Shown piece by piece: positions 49,843-62,262 of a DNA stretch of 63,920 nt. Under the pieces are notes generated by a model. That model was not told the DNA's origin. It did not search any database and saw only the letters and a program-made list of their open reading frames with translations. Every line of letters begins with the position of its first letter. Within the stretch, counting starts at the first letter, position 1. Origin of the DNA: Octopus bimaculoides (taxonomy: Eukaryota); the NCBI RefSeq assembly GCF_001194135.2, contig NC_068982.1, forward strand, positions 4,436,193 to 4,500,112. Direction: 5' to 3'. The position numbers and the translations under genes were made by a program.

Positions 49843-50027
49843 CACATATATGGAAGCAACTTTATAATGAAATCTCTCTCAATAAAACATATTCAAGGAA
49901 TATGAGTAGTTGATATGTCAAGGGCTGCGGTTTCAATCACGAAAAAATCCCTTTATATTCGTATTGCTTTCAAAAATACAATATATTTCAGAGCGAGGAG
50001 AAACGAAATCGAATCAGCTATCTGAAG

Positions 50028-50066
<39 letters not shown>

Positions 50067-51223
50067 ACACACACACACACACATACAAACATACACACAC
50101 ACGCACACACACGCACACACACGCACACACACGCACACACACACAAACATACACACACACATATATATATATATATCAGTGTGTGTGTGTGTGTGTGTGT
50201 ATGTTTGTGTGTGTATGTGTATGTGTGTGTGCATGTATGTGTCATTATTCAGTTTTATTTCAAGATTTCTTTCCAATAAAGAGAGAACCGGTTTCTAACC
50301 TGGATCCAAGACTCCTTCATCAGAATTTCAACGAAATCAACAGGGTATTTTTATATGCAAGTATGCGTGTAGATTTGAATGTTTTCCTTTATGTATGTCT
50401 TCTCATGCATACAGTTGCATAGCTGGTCATGCTCACATACGCTTAAATGATAAACTTCTGGAAAGTTTTTACAGATTTTTATAGTTCCCCTGTTGGCTTG
50501 GATCTGTAGTTTTCGAACTAGCTTTCACCTTTCTGGCTTTAAGAAATCTAATTTCTCAATACTGGTTTTTAGGCGGTGTTACATATCCCAGTATGTATGT
50601 ATGTATGTATGTATGTATGTATGTATGTATGTATGTATAGCGGTGTAAATAAAACTGTCTAGAACTCTATCTACATAATTAACCAAATATTCTTTCGATT
50701 TACATCTTATACATGCCTTAGACTGTCAAGATTCATATTACGGAGAAATACGATTTCAATTTGGGAGTAGCCTGTCTTTAACATTCTCCAAAATTTATTT
50801 TTATTCGCTGCTTAATAATATAAATTTGAAAATCTCCCAGTGTTTCGTATATCAGTTTAGAATTGCATTAATATATGAAGAGTAGAATAAATCAAAAGTT
50901 GTTTTGTTTTATATTCAGGAAATTAAAATTACGAACTAACACGGCTTCATATACCATAGAAGCCTGAAAAATATTCTACTTACTCACAATGAGAAGTTTA
51001 TGCACAGATATTTAAACACAAAATAATCACACAACAACGTACAACAAATATTTAATTATAACGAAAATGAAAAGAAATTCTATGTAGAGAGCACCCAGTT
51101 AACTCCTAATAACTCTACTAGTACATATGTATGTATGTATGTATGTACGTATACTTATATATGTATATATGTTAATACATGTATATATTTATATAAATGT
51201 TGACATTGAGTTATATATGTGTG

Positions 51224-51262
<39 letters not shown>

Positions 51263-52254
51263 NNNNNNNNNNNNNNNNNNNNNNNNNNNNNNNNNNNNNN
51301 NNNNNNNNNNNNNNNNNNNNNNNNNNNNNNNNNNNNNNNNNNNNNNNNNNNNNNNNNNNNNNNNNNNNNNNNNNNNNNNNNNNNNNNNNNNNNNNNNNNN
51401 NNNNNNNNNNNNNNNNNNNNNNNNNNNNNNNNNNNNNNNNNNNNNNNNNNNNNNNNNNNNNNNNNNNNNNNNNNNNNNNNNNNNNNNNNNNNNNNNNNNN
51501 NNNNNNNNNNNNNNNNNNNNNNNNNNNNNNNNNNNNNNNNNNNNNNNNNNNNNNNNNNNNNNNNNNNNNNNNNNNNNNNNNNNNNNNNNNNNNNNNNNNN
51601 NNNNNNNNNNNNNNNNNNNNNNNNNNNNNNNNNNNNNNNNNNNNNNNNNNNNNNNNNNNNNNNNNNNNNNNNNNNNNNNNNNNNNNNNNNNNNNNNNNNN
51701 NNNNNNNNNNNNNNNNNNNNNNNNNNNNNNNNNNNNNNNNNNNNNNNNNNNNNNNNNNNNNNNNNNNNNNNNNNNNNNNNNNNNNNNNNNNNNNNNNNNN
51801 NNNNNNNNNNNNNNNNNNNNNNNNNNNNNNNNNNNNNNNNNNNNNNNNNNNNNNNNNNNNNNNNNNNNNNNNNNNNNNNNNNNNNNNNNNNNNNNNNNNN
51901 NNNNNNNNNNNNNNNNNNNNNNNNNNNNNNNNNNNNNNNNNNNNNNNNNNNNNNNNNNNNNNNNNNNNNNNNNNNNNNNNNNNNNNNNNNNNNNNNNNNN
52001 NNNNNNNNNNNNNNNNNNNNNNNNNNNNNNNNNNNNNNNNNNNNNNNNNNNNNNNNNNNNNNNNNNNNNNNNNNNNNNNNNNATAAACATATGTGTGAGT
52101 GCGAGTGTGTGTGTGTGTGACTACACACATATATTTAAGGTTGAGCTTGCCTTTTTGTAGAGCAAACGTACTTACATTAAATAAAATAATTTCTAATAAA
52201 GGGAATATGGAGTTGAAATGAATGTTTTGTAAGGAAAACTGTAGAGAATGAGAC

Positions 52255-52375
52255 CCTCAGTCAAATGTGGAGAAACTATAGCAGAAAACACCTGCCCAAA
52301 GTGCCACGCAATGGGACTGAACCCGGAGTCATGTAGTTGGGAAGCAAACTTCTCACAACACAGCCACACCTGCGT
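52255..52375 (-). mobile_element. SINE family B 5' part
   Basis: GTGCCACGCAATGGGACTGAACCCGG...GGGAAGCAAACTTCTCACAACACAGCCACACCTGCG. Confidence 0.8.
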
Positions 52376-52612
52376 CAAGGTGTAAATAATGTAAACTAAT
52401 GATATTACAAAAATTTTCACGTTGCTTTCAATGAATATATAAATAACGGGGTGGGAGAAGATGGCTGCTTATGTCTTTGATCAATCAATTGATCTATTTT
52501 GTTTATTCTAGAGAAATATAAGTCCCAGGGGACGCGAAGTTGACTGAAATATGAGTAGGCTTCGCTATAATCCGTAATGTAAAATTATTGAAAAACTTAT
52601 GTGGGTTGTTTG

Positions 52613-52850
52613 TGAACGCAGGCGTAATTGTGTGGTAAGAAGCTTGCTTCTCAACCAAATTGTTCCGCCTTTCAATCCCATGGCAGAGTCACCTTGGGTA
52701 AGCGTCTTCTACTATAGCTTCGGACCGACCAAACCCATGCGAGTGGATTTGGGAGAAACTGAAAGAAGCTCATCGTGTATATATATATATGTATATATAT
52801 ATATATANNNNNNNNNNATGTATGTATATATATATATATATATATAGTGA
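52613..52850 (+). mobile_element. SINE family B 5' half plus (TA)n
   Basis: GCAGGCGTAATTGTGTGGTAAGAAGCTTGCTTC...GAAACTGAAAGAAGC. Confidence 0.8.
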
Positions 52851-53380
52851 GAGAGAGAGAGAGTGAGTGGTTTCTTGTCAACTTGATGTGCTCAGTTCAT
52901 TGAAATTTCATTACAAAGCATTTTTCTTTATTTTCTTTCTCCTTTCCTTTTCATTTTCCATCGTATACTTATCAACGTATTTGTAAACAGACGCATTTTC
53001 TCACAAGGGTTGGTGATCTTTCAAAGATGTCAATTTAAGGAAGTAGAAAAAATTTTAAAAAGAGGGGAGGGTGCAGTCATCGCTGAAAAACAAGAAGAGT
53101 TCAAAGTTCAAAATCCTATGAAAATGTATATTCCTTTATACTTGAATAGTCAAGTCCTATATTCTGTGTAATTACAAGTTTTGCTCTGGGATTTTGACAA
53201 CTGTTGTTCTTGTAGAACTTACATATACCCGGGAAAGAATACTAGAACCAATTTTACCACTGATTAAGAAAGATATCTAATGTAGCTACTTGGCAAAATA
53301 ATTCATGAAAATAATCTATTTTGGATTATCTTATCCTGTCAAGCAAGAAATAGATAAAGAAATCCTACAAGGGATGAAAG

Positions 53381-53535
<155 letters not shown>

Positions 53536-53836
53536 CTTCCACTTCATTATTATTCTTTTTTCCTCTTTCTTGATTATCCTAAAATCTCTCTCTCTCTATT
53601 CCCCGCCCTGTGTTTTCTTTCTTTCTCTCTTCCCTTTTTCCAAAAAAAACACCAACAAAAACAACATTCTCATCTTTTACACAAAGCAAAAAAGAAAAAA
53701 AAGAAAAAAACCCAAAAACATCCGATTTTGATTTTGTCTTGATGAGTTCAAAAAACGAATGAAAACGCTAATAAAAAAAAAACATCCAAAATTCTCAATA
53801 CACAATATCTGTACATCACTTCAAACACCCTATACA

Positions 53837-53870
<34 letters not shown>

Positions 53871-54149
53871 NNNNNNNNNNNNNNNNNNNNNNNNNNNNNN
53901 NNNNNNNNNNNNNNNNNNNNNNNNNNNNNNNNNNNNNNNNNNNNNNNNNNNNNNNNNNNNNNNNNNNNNNNNNNNNNNNNNNNNNNNNNNNNNNNNNNNN
54001 NNNNNNNNNNNNNNNNNNNNNNNNNNNNNNNNNNNNNNNNNNNNNNNNNNNNNNNNNNNNNNNNNNNNNNNNNNNNNNNNNNNNNNNNNNNNNNNNNNNN
54101 NNNNNNNNNNNNNNNNNNNNNNNNNNNNNNNNNNNNNNNNNNNNNNNNN

Positions 54150-54188
<39 letters not shown>

Positions 54189-54339
54189 ATAGTTTAGGAA
54201 ACCAGTAAGTTGTCATAATATTATGACAACTTACTGATTGTCCTAAACTATACATATATAAATATCCTCTATTTACCTAATATCGAGGCCTCATTCCTTT
54301 GTTGTCAATTTATTATTATTATTATTATTATTATATATG

Positions 54340-54540
54340 TGGGTGTGTGCGCGTGCGTGTGTGTGTTTGTGTATGTTCTCTAAACTAGCTGTTCGTCAAA
54401 TGAGGCCGATGGAATAAATACCAGGTTTAAAAGCTTGAATAAGTACTGATGTCGTTTCGTTCCATTAGAATTCTTGAAGGCGTTACTCGCAGTATTTGTC
54501 GCAGTCTAATGTCTGAAACAAGGAAAAGAATAAAAGATTA
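54340..54540 (+). mobile_element. SINE family B 3' half, diverged
   Basis: CCGATGGAATAAATACCAGG...GCAGTCTAATGTCTGAAACAAGGAAAAGAATAAAAG. Confidence 0.65.
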
Positions 54541-54818
54541 TTTACGAATCAGTAAGTCATTTTTTTTACATCAACCCCAACTTACTGATTTGAAAGGCAT
54601 ACTTTTGCCCATTCTATGTTTTTTTTTCACATGCTCCCAGGAATTCACGATTTCCTTTCGATCGTTCCAATCCATATATTTCATAACATCTTCATTTTAT
54701 TGACTTTTCGACCGACAAGTTTTGAATGAAACGAATCAATAATCCATTAATGTGTTCACTATTAACAATCAACATACGCACATGTGAATGTGTTTGTGTT
54801 TCTTCTGTGCGTGTGTGT

Positions 54819-54950
54819 GTGTGACTGTGTGGCAAGAAGCTTGCTTCCCAACCACATGGTTCCAGGTTCAGTCCCACTGCGTGGCACCTCGGGTCACCAA
54901 ATCCTTGTGAGTGGATTTGGAAGACGGAAACTGAAAGTTGCCCGTCGTAT
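54819..54950 (+). mobile_element. SINE family B 5' half
   Basis: GTGTGGCAAGAAGCTTGCTTCCCAACCACATGGTTCCAGGTTCAGTCCCACTGCGTGGCACC...GACGGAAACTGAAAG. Confidence 0.85.
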
Positions 54951-54970
54951 ACATACATACATACATACAT

Positions 54971-55007
<37 letters not shown>

Positions 55008-55237
55008 NNNNNNNNNNNNNNNNNNNNNNNNNNNNNNNNNNNNNNNNNNNNNNNNNNNNNNNNNNNNNNNNNNNNNNNNNNNNNNNNNNNNNNNNNNNNN
55101 NNNNNNNNNNNNNNNNNNNNNNNNNNNNNNNNNNNNNNNNNNNNNNNNNNNNNNNNNNNNNNNNNNNNNNNNNNNNNNNNNNNNNNNNNNNNNNNNNNNN
55201 NNNNNNNNNNNNNNNNNNNNNNNNNNNNNNATATATA

Positions 55238-55516
55238 TTAGATTGTCAAGAAAGTTCTTTAAATTCAGATGCACATATCTCGGCTCAAACAAAACTTTAT
55301 TAATCGAAATAAAAACCATCAGTATCAACACATTTTTGCCAGCGCGAAGCAAGTTTATTTGTGCCAGTAGCGTAAAAATCCTGCGTTCTGGTGCCGATGA
55401 AGTCGTTGAAGGCGTGTTTGGCAACGTCTTGGTTTTTGAAGCATTTCTCCTACAGGAAGTTGTCGAGATGTTTGAAAAAGTGGCAGTCGGTAGGCGAGAG
55501 GTCTGGTGAGTATGGC
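55238..55516 (-). mobile_element. Mariner 3' fragment with right TIR and TA
   Basis: PYSPDLSPTDCHFFKHLDNFL*EKCFKNQ...FYATGTNKLASRWQKCVDTDGFYFD* (stop 55300-55302). The TIR-like TTAGATTGTCAAGAAAGTT follows TA. Confidence 0.88.
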
Positions 55517-56540
55517 TTAAGTTTATTATGAGGTACATATAATCCAGTATCAAAACGGTAGGTAACACCAAGGAAGTTTACTCAACGGTAATCTTTTCCT
55601 AAAGTGATGTTGAGTCCGATGTTCTTTAAGAGCTTAAAGAATTGTTTCCTATGCGTTTCTAGTTGTACTTTACTACGTCAGTCATCCCTATATAGAACTC
55701 CACTGATTTTCGGAAAAGAAGTCTGTATTAACGAAAGAATATATATTCCGACCAATTCTCTGACTTGTGCAGAGTCCCATCACAATGCCGAAGGCATTCT
55801 CTTTGACTTATTCCAGATTTGACCATCAGAATCTACTAAAGCGGTCCGCACCGTAAGTATGATGTCTATTTCACGTCGGGATAGATCTGAGTTTTTCATA
55901 CTATAAATCAGGGATTTATTGAGGCGCATCGGGCAAATAGTTGCGTATTAACTCTCTATAGGATGGACACATCAATCTGAAGGATCACTAAAAAAGTGAG
56001 GTATGTGGTCCTTAAGCGTAATTCGGGTTTTTCTAGGGACATAAGACCCAGTTCTCTCCTCTACAGCTAACTCCCTGGCGATTTGCAATCCTATATTGTT
56101 TATACTGTTAAGTGTGTCATTATCAGCCTCTCTATACTTGCTATGTAATTCTTTTCTAATCAGATTCTTGTATAACTCAGTGTTGACAACGTAAATGTTA
56201 CTTGTTTTGTCAACTGGCACAAGTATCCCTGGAGCTTTCCGTTGATGTTTGTAGTGTCTTCTACGGTGCTTCCTAAATTTCAAATTCTTAACTATATTAT
56301 AAAGCTCCTCTTCGAATCTGGTTAAGTGTTGGATGGACGGAGAGTTTTTTTTATTGATTTACATTTCTGAGTAAGTATTCAGGTTTCGGTTTGTCATATG
56401 ATATATCTTTTCTATCAAAGATGAATGCCTTCCACCACATTCTTCGGATGAACGAGCTGGTTTCCTACAACAGTGTCCATATATAATCCTTCCTACTTGG
56501 TATCGGTATATCTTTTAGCGAAACGTCGGGCGTTATTATT
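55517..56540 (-). mobile_element. Degenerate Penelope-like element RT region
   Basis: DIPIPSR...RRMWWKAF...FEEELYNIVKNLKFRK...LVPVDKTSNIY...ITLKDH...LVGIYILS...LYRDD...VNFLGVT; multiple stops and frameshifts. Confidence 0.8.
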
Positions 56541-56735
56541 TTCCATCTTAGCGGCACACTACCTTGCAGTATTTTACTCCCAGGAATCGGCTAGTGATTG
56601 CAGTTATTAATAGTTAAAAAATCGTATGGTATGCACCTGGTAGTTTGCCGGTAAAACATGTGGACTGGCACAATGCTCCTTGGGTATTTGATTAATGAGA
56701 GAGACGGAAGATGGAAGATGCGAGAATCTTTGTTG

Positions 56736-56821
<86 letters not shown>

Positions 56822-58002
56822 NNNNNNNNNNNNNNNNNNNNNNNNNNNNNNNNNNNNNNNNNNNNNNNNNNNNNNNNNNNNNNNNNNNNNNNNNNNNNNN
56901 NNNNNNNNNNNNNNNNNNNNNNNNNNNNNNNNNNNNNNNNNNNNNNNNNNNNNNNNNNNNNNNNNNNNNNNNNNNNNNNNNNNNNNNNNNNNNNNNNNNN
57001 NNNNNNNNNNNNNNNNNNNNNNNNNNNNNNNNNNNNNNNNNNNNNNNNNNNNNNNNNNNNNNNNNNNNNNNNNNNNNNNNNNNNNNNNNNNNNNNNNNNN
57101 NNNNNNNNNNNNNNNNNNNNNNNNNNNNNNNNNNNNNNNNNNNNNNNNNNNNNNNNNNNNNNNNNNNNNNNNNNNNNNNNNNNNNNNNNNNNNNNNNNNN
57201 NNNNNNNNNNNNNNNNNNNNNNNNNNNNNNNNNNNNNNNNNNNNNNNNNNNNNNNNNNNNNNNNNNNNNNNNNNNNNNNNNNNNNNNNNNNNNNNNNNNN
57301 NNNNNNNNNNNNNNNNNNNNNNNNNNNNNNNNNNNNNNNNNNNNNNNNNNNNNNNNNNNNNNNNNNNNNNNNNNNNNNNNNNNNNNNNNNNNNNNNNNNN
57401 NNNNNNNNNNNNNNNNNNNNNNNNNNNNNNNNNNNNNNNNNNNNNNNNNNNNNNNNNNNNNNNNNNNNNNNNNNNNNNNNNNNNNNNNNNNNNNNNNNNN
57501 NNNNNNNNNNNNNNNNNNNNNNNNNNNNNNNNNNNNNNNNNNNNNGATAATGATGATGAAGATGGTGATGGTGGCATTGTTGATATTTGTGTTGGTGGTT
57601 TTTGTTAGTGATGGTGATGATGACATTCACAGAAGTAATGTTATCCTTATCATAATCACCACCACCACCACCACCACCACCACTATCATCATCATCATCA
57701 TCATCAAGGACACTACGAAATATCTCCCTATGGTTTCCAAGTGCTGAGTTAAGTAGCGGGCACGTTTTTTTTTGGGGGGGGGGGTGTCTAAAACAGTGCT
57801 CCGTATATTGTTGCACTCGTTTTTGCCTGCGGACGGCTCCCTAGAGTAGTGGTGTTCCTTTGTTACTTTCTCTATTTCGATGTTGAAGGTCATTTGGAGC
57901 GGCTGAGAGTCTCAGCATTCGAAAGGTTTTGTCATCGATCTAGTCACCCTACAAGTGGGACACAATAAGAGACAGTGAATTTTATGTTGGCGTAGCGTTC
58001 CT

Positions 58003-58161
58003 ATCGGGGCAGGCGTAGCTGTGTCGTAAGAAGTTTGCTTCTTAACCACAAGGCTCTGAGTTCATTCCCACTGCCTGGCACCTTGCGCGACTTTCTTCTA
58101 CAACAGCCTCGGCTCAACCGAGTCTCGCCAGTGGATTTGGTCAACGAATACTGAAAGAGGC

Positions 58162-58162
<1 letters not shown>
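58003..58162 (+). mobile_element. SINE family B 5' half, followed by (CTAT/CTGT)n to about 58400
   Basis: GCAGGCGTAGCTGTGTCGTAAGAAGTTTGCTTC...GTGGATTTGG...CTGAAAGAGG. Confidence 0.8.
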
Positions 58163-58216
<54 letters not shown>

Positions 58217-58271
58217 GTCTGTCTGTCTGTCTATGTGTCTCTGCCTGTCTGTCTGCCTATCTGCCTGTCTG

Positions 58272-58330
<59 letters not shown>

Positions 58331-58510
58331 GTCTGTCTGTCTGTCTGTCTATCCGTCCGTCCGTCCGTCCGTCTGTCTGTCTGCCTGTCTATCTACCTGT
58401 CTATCTTTATGGACGGACGATAGGCACATCGGCTCCGTGTAAGTTTGCCTTTTATTGCCTTAAAAAGTTGTTTTTGGATTATATTTTTCTATGTCAACCT
58501 CCAAATCATG

Positions 58511-58812
58511 ACAGATAAAGCTGATCTAGGCACAATTTAAACCCAGAACGTGAAAAGCCGGAAGAAATACCGCTACACATTTTGTCCGGCGTGTGAGCAA
58601 ATCTGTCATTGATTCAAATTTAGGTACCGGGTCAGCAATTTCGTGGAGGGAGCAAATCGATTATGTCGTTGCCAATACTCTACTGGTACTTATTTTATTG
58701 ACCCCGAATGAATGGAAGGCAAAGGTCAGTCAACCTTTGAACTTAGAGTGTAAAAGCGGACGAAATGCCGCTAAGCATTTTGACCGGCGTGTTAACGATT
58801 TTGTCAGTTCTC
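58511..58812 (-). mobile_element. Two tandem, diverged SINE-A copies (5' half 58511-58608; near-full 58606-58812)
   Basis: Each has CATTTTG(T/A)CCGGCGTGT and CAGAACGT/TAGAGTGT B-box remnants. Confidence 0.7.
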
Positions 58813-59091
58813 TATTCTTTTTTTTTTTGTCGAAATATTAATGAACTTTGTGGGTTGGTGCAGGCACTGCCCAATATATCACGCTTCTTTTCTGACTGAA
58901 ACTAATATCGATTTCCACACAGGCACAAAACAAGGATTAAAGAGGCATAGGTAAGGGGTGGGGGAGGAGGTAGTTGATTATGTCGATACCAGAACTTCAC
59001 TGGTTCTTTATGTTATGAATACCCTGATGAGGAAATTCGAATTCAAACGCGGCAGTGGATGCACAGCAAACATGACGTGACATAAACAAAT

Positions 59092-59342
59092 ATCATTTAC
59101 CTTTTACTTGTTTCACTCATCAGGTCACGGCCATGCTGGGACACCACTTTGAAGAATTTTGGTGGATTGAATCAACTCCAGTACTTAGTTTAAAAAAAAC
59201 AAACAAACTCGGTGCTTATTATATTGGTCTCTTTTTGCGGAACCACTAAGCTACGAGGACGTAAACACACCAGCAGCGATTGCGAAGCGCTGGTGAGGGA
59301 AAAATATACAGACACACAAACATATGTATGTGTGCGTGTATA

Positions 59343-59397
<55 letters not shown>

Positions 59398-59712
59398 ATA
59401 TANNNNNNNNNNNNNNNNNNNNNNNNNNNNNNNNNNNNNNNNNNNNNNNNNNNNNNNNNNNNNNNNNNNNNNNNNNNNNNNNNNNNNNNNNNNNNNNNNN
59501 NNNNNNNNNNNNNNNNNNNNNNTATATATATATATATATATATATATATCTCCGACAGGCTTCTTTCAGTTTCCGTCTGCCATATGCACTCACAAGGTTT
59601 TGATCGGCCCAAGGCTATAGTAGAAGACACTCGTGGAAGGTGCCACCACGCAGTGGGATTGAATCCAGGATCCTGTGGTTGGGAAGCAAATTTCTTACCA
59701 AAGAGCCACTAC
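59092..59712 (-). mobile_element. SINE family B spanning a gap in its internal microsatellite
   Basis: CTTTTACTTGTTTCACTCAT...GGACGTAAACACACCAG...CTTTCAGTTTCCGTCTGCC...GGGAAGCAAATTTCTTACCA. Confidence 0.85.
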
Positions 59713-60273
59713 GAGATTTTCTACCGATTCTACCACAGCATCCCCCTCCGCCACCCGGTCCATCTTCATCATTCCTCTCTTTTTCTATTTACCTGTCCAA
59801 GCCTGTATGTGAGCGTGTGCGCGTGTGTACAAGCTTCAGTTCGTCCACGCAGACGTTTACAAAGTGCGCCTGTATGTACCTACCTACGTGTGTGTATGTG
59901 TGTTCGCGACGGCCGTGCGTGTGTGTCCGTGTGTCCGCCTGCCGCGCGCATGTGTGTATATATGTCTTCACATTAAATTTTACACTCACGCTTAAACATT
60001 TCTCCTGAAAACAATACCGTCATCAACTTACCTGTTTTCCCGTTTGTTGCTGCCGCGCTGATGCAGCTGATGCACAAGTAGCTTTCCGCCGTTGTTGCTG
60101 CTGTTGTTGTTGTTGTTATTACCACAGCCGACGCAACTGGTGCTGGTGCCGCTACTACTACTACTACTACTACTGCTACTGCTGCATTGATTGTCATCAT
60201 CATCATTATCAAAAATGCATTTATTTTAACTATTCCTGTTATACTACTGAGGCCATCAAGAAATATTCCATTG

Positions 60274-60299
60274 ACTACTACTACTACTACTACTACTAT

Positions 60300-60341
<42 letters not shown>
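60274..60341 (+). repeat. (CTA)n microsatellite, followed by a (CTG)-rich tract
   Basis: Read directly. Confidence 0.95.
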
Positions 60342-60342
<1 letters not shown>

Positions 60343-60447
60343 GCAAGTGTCGGTTGCTTCTGCTTCTGCTGCTGCTGTTGCTGCTGCTGTCGTTGCTGTC
60401 ACTGCTGCTGTTCCCCAGTTATTATCAGAAACTTGTTCTCTGTCCAC

Positions 60448-60449
60448 AG
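60448..60449 (+). other. Candidate splice acceptor for the GPCR exon (5' UTR intron)
   Basis: CTTGTTCTCTGTCCACAG|G with a pyrimidine tract, 92 nt upstream of the ATG. A weaker alternative is TTGATTAAG|T at 60539-60540. Confidence 0.5.
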
Positions 60450-60541
60450 GAAGTTTCCCTCTGATTTCCTGGTTGTTTTTGTTTTTTGAGTTTCACTAAA
60501 ACACACTCCTCGCATCTTTACCTTCGTTTGTTTGATTAAGT

Positions 60542-60854
60542 ATGGATGTGTACGAAAGAATCAATATCTCCTACCCGATGCCCCGTTTTAAGGAGCATGT
60601 CCTGTGGGAAGTGACCTTAAAGGTTGTGTTCTACAGTTTAATAGTGATCTTCTCCCTAATAGGGAACCTCTTAATTATAGTCATCGTCATGAGACAAAAA
60701 CGCATGCGGACAGTAACAAACTTTTATATTGTCAACTTGGCTGTAGCCGACCTTCTTGTCACAGTTTGTTGTAGCTGGGTTCATCTCGTTGACGATCTCA
60801 CCGAAGGATGGGTCCTCGGAGCATTTTTCTGTAAAGTTAACTCTTTTGCTCAAG
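60542..60854 (+). CDS. First coding exon of a class A (rhodopsin-like) neuropeptide-type GPCR: N-terminus, TM1, TM2 and start of TM3
   Basis: MDVYERINISY...SLIGNLLIIVIV (TM1 GN)...KRMRTVTNFYIVNLAVADLLV (TM2 LAxxD)...GWVLGAFFCK (WxxG...C at ECL1/TM3). NIS sequon in the N-terminus. In-frame TGA 9 nt upstream of the ATG. Perfect donor AAG|GTAAGT at 60854/60855 (phase 1). Downstream exons are not in the window. Confidence 0.93.
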
Positions 60855-60862
60855 GTAAGTAA

Positions 60863-60897
<35 letters not shown>

Positions 60898-61101
60898 TTT
60901 ATTTTTTCATTAGCCACAACGGCTCACATACAAAACATTAATTAACATACAACAACACAAAAGACAAAAACAGGACGGTGCAATGGGTTTTCGCGTGTAC
61001 ACAAAAAAAAAAAGACGACAGAAAAGAAACAGCACACATTGAATACGCACGCGTCCGCACTCACTCACAAACACACGCACACACACACACACACACGCAC
61101 G

Positions 61102-61159
<58 letters not shown>

Positions 61160-61561
61160 ATTTTTTTAAAAAACAGCTTACATAGAAATACCCTTATTTT
61201 CTTCACAGCTCGAAGCAGCCCACGCAAAGTACAACTTCCAAGTTACCCCGTTTATACCAATTGTTGTTTATGATGCTATCCAGTAGCACACCCCATCCAG
61301 ATGTTGCTACTTTCTTTGCCGTTTCTATTATTGTTGGTTACGTTATTGTTATTGTTTAGTCCCGGGAAATCTTATCACCAAAGGGGTTCCTGTCGCCTCT
61401 GTCCATTCTTCCTTTTCCGGTTTACATTGTGTGATACGCTCTTCCGTTTTGTAAGGTAACAGAAACTAATTTTGGGGTCAATTTAGCTGCTGTTCTTATT
61501 GCAAGGTAGAACAGACCGCGTCGAAGCACCAAAGTTATGTTCTATGTATTTGTATTAAAAT

Positions 61562-61778
61562 TGGTTTCAAATTTTGGCACAAGGCCAGCAATTTCGTGGA
61601 AGCGTGCTAGTCGATTACATCGAACCCCAGTACTGAATTGGTATTTATTTTATCGACCCTGAGAAGATGAAAGGCAAAACCGACCCCGGCGGCATTGGAA
61701 CTTAGAACGTAAAGTCGGAAGAAATGCCGATAAGCTTTTTGTCCGGCGCGGTAACAATTCTGTCCGCTCACCGCCTTA
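61562..61778 (-). mobile_element. SINE family A, full length, 16-bp TSD
   Basis: TATGTATTTGTATTAA (61543-61558) versus TATGTGTTTGTATTAA (61777-61792). Confidence 0.9.
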
Positions 61779-61809
61779 TGTGTTTGTATTAATATTTATG
61801 GTGTAGTTT

Positions 61810-62030
61810 AAGGCGGCGAGCTGGCAGAATCGTCACCGTGCCGGACAAAATGTTTAGCGGCATTACTTCCGGCTTTACGTTCTGAGTTCAAATTCCGCCG
61901 AGGTCGACTTTGCCTTTTATCAGTTCGGGGACGATAAATTAAGTACCCGTTGCGTACTGGTATCGACCTAATCGACTGGCTCCCTACCCCAAAATTTCGG
62001 GCCTTGTGCCTAGAGTAGAAAAGATTAATA
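61810..62030 (+). mobile_element. SINE family A, full length, 22-bp TSD
   Basis: ATTAATATTTATGGTGTAGTTT (61788-61809) versus ATTAATATTTATGTTGTAGATT (62024-62045). Confidence 0.92.
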
Positions 62031-62045
62031 TTTATGTTGTAGATT

Positions 62046-62262
62046 AAGGTGTCGAGCTGGCCGAATCGTCACCGCGCCGGACTAAATGTTTACCGGCATC
62101 TTTTCCAACTTTACGTTCTGAGTACAAATTCCACCGATGTCGACTTTGTCTTTCATTCTTTCGGACTCGATCAAATAAGTACCAGTTGAGCACTGGTATC
62201 GATGTAATCAACTTCCTCCTCCTCTGAAATTGCTGGCCTTGTGCCGAAATTTGAAACCAATA
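62046..62262 (+). mobile_element. SINE family A, full length (AAATTGCTGGCC...TTTGAAACCA tail)
   Basis: AAGGTGTCGAGCTGGCCGAATCG...GTTCTGAGTACAAATTCC. Confidence 0.88.

Noticed and set aside
60026-60240. Perfect minus-strand donor CAG|GTAAGT at 60026-60034 with an upstream S/N-rich frame (possible antisense exon)
   Set aside because: The S/N-rich frame is closed by TAA with no ATG or good acceptor. A perfect 9-mer is expected roughly once by chance in a window of this size on two strands.
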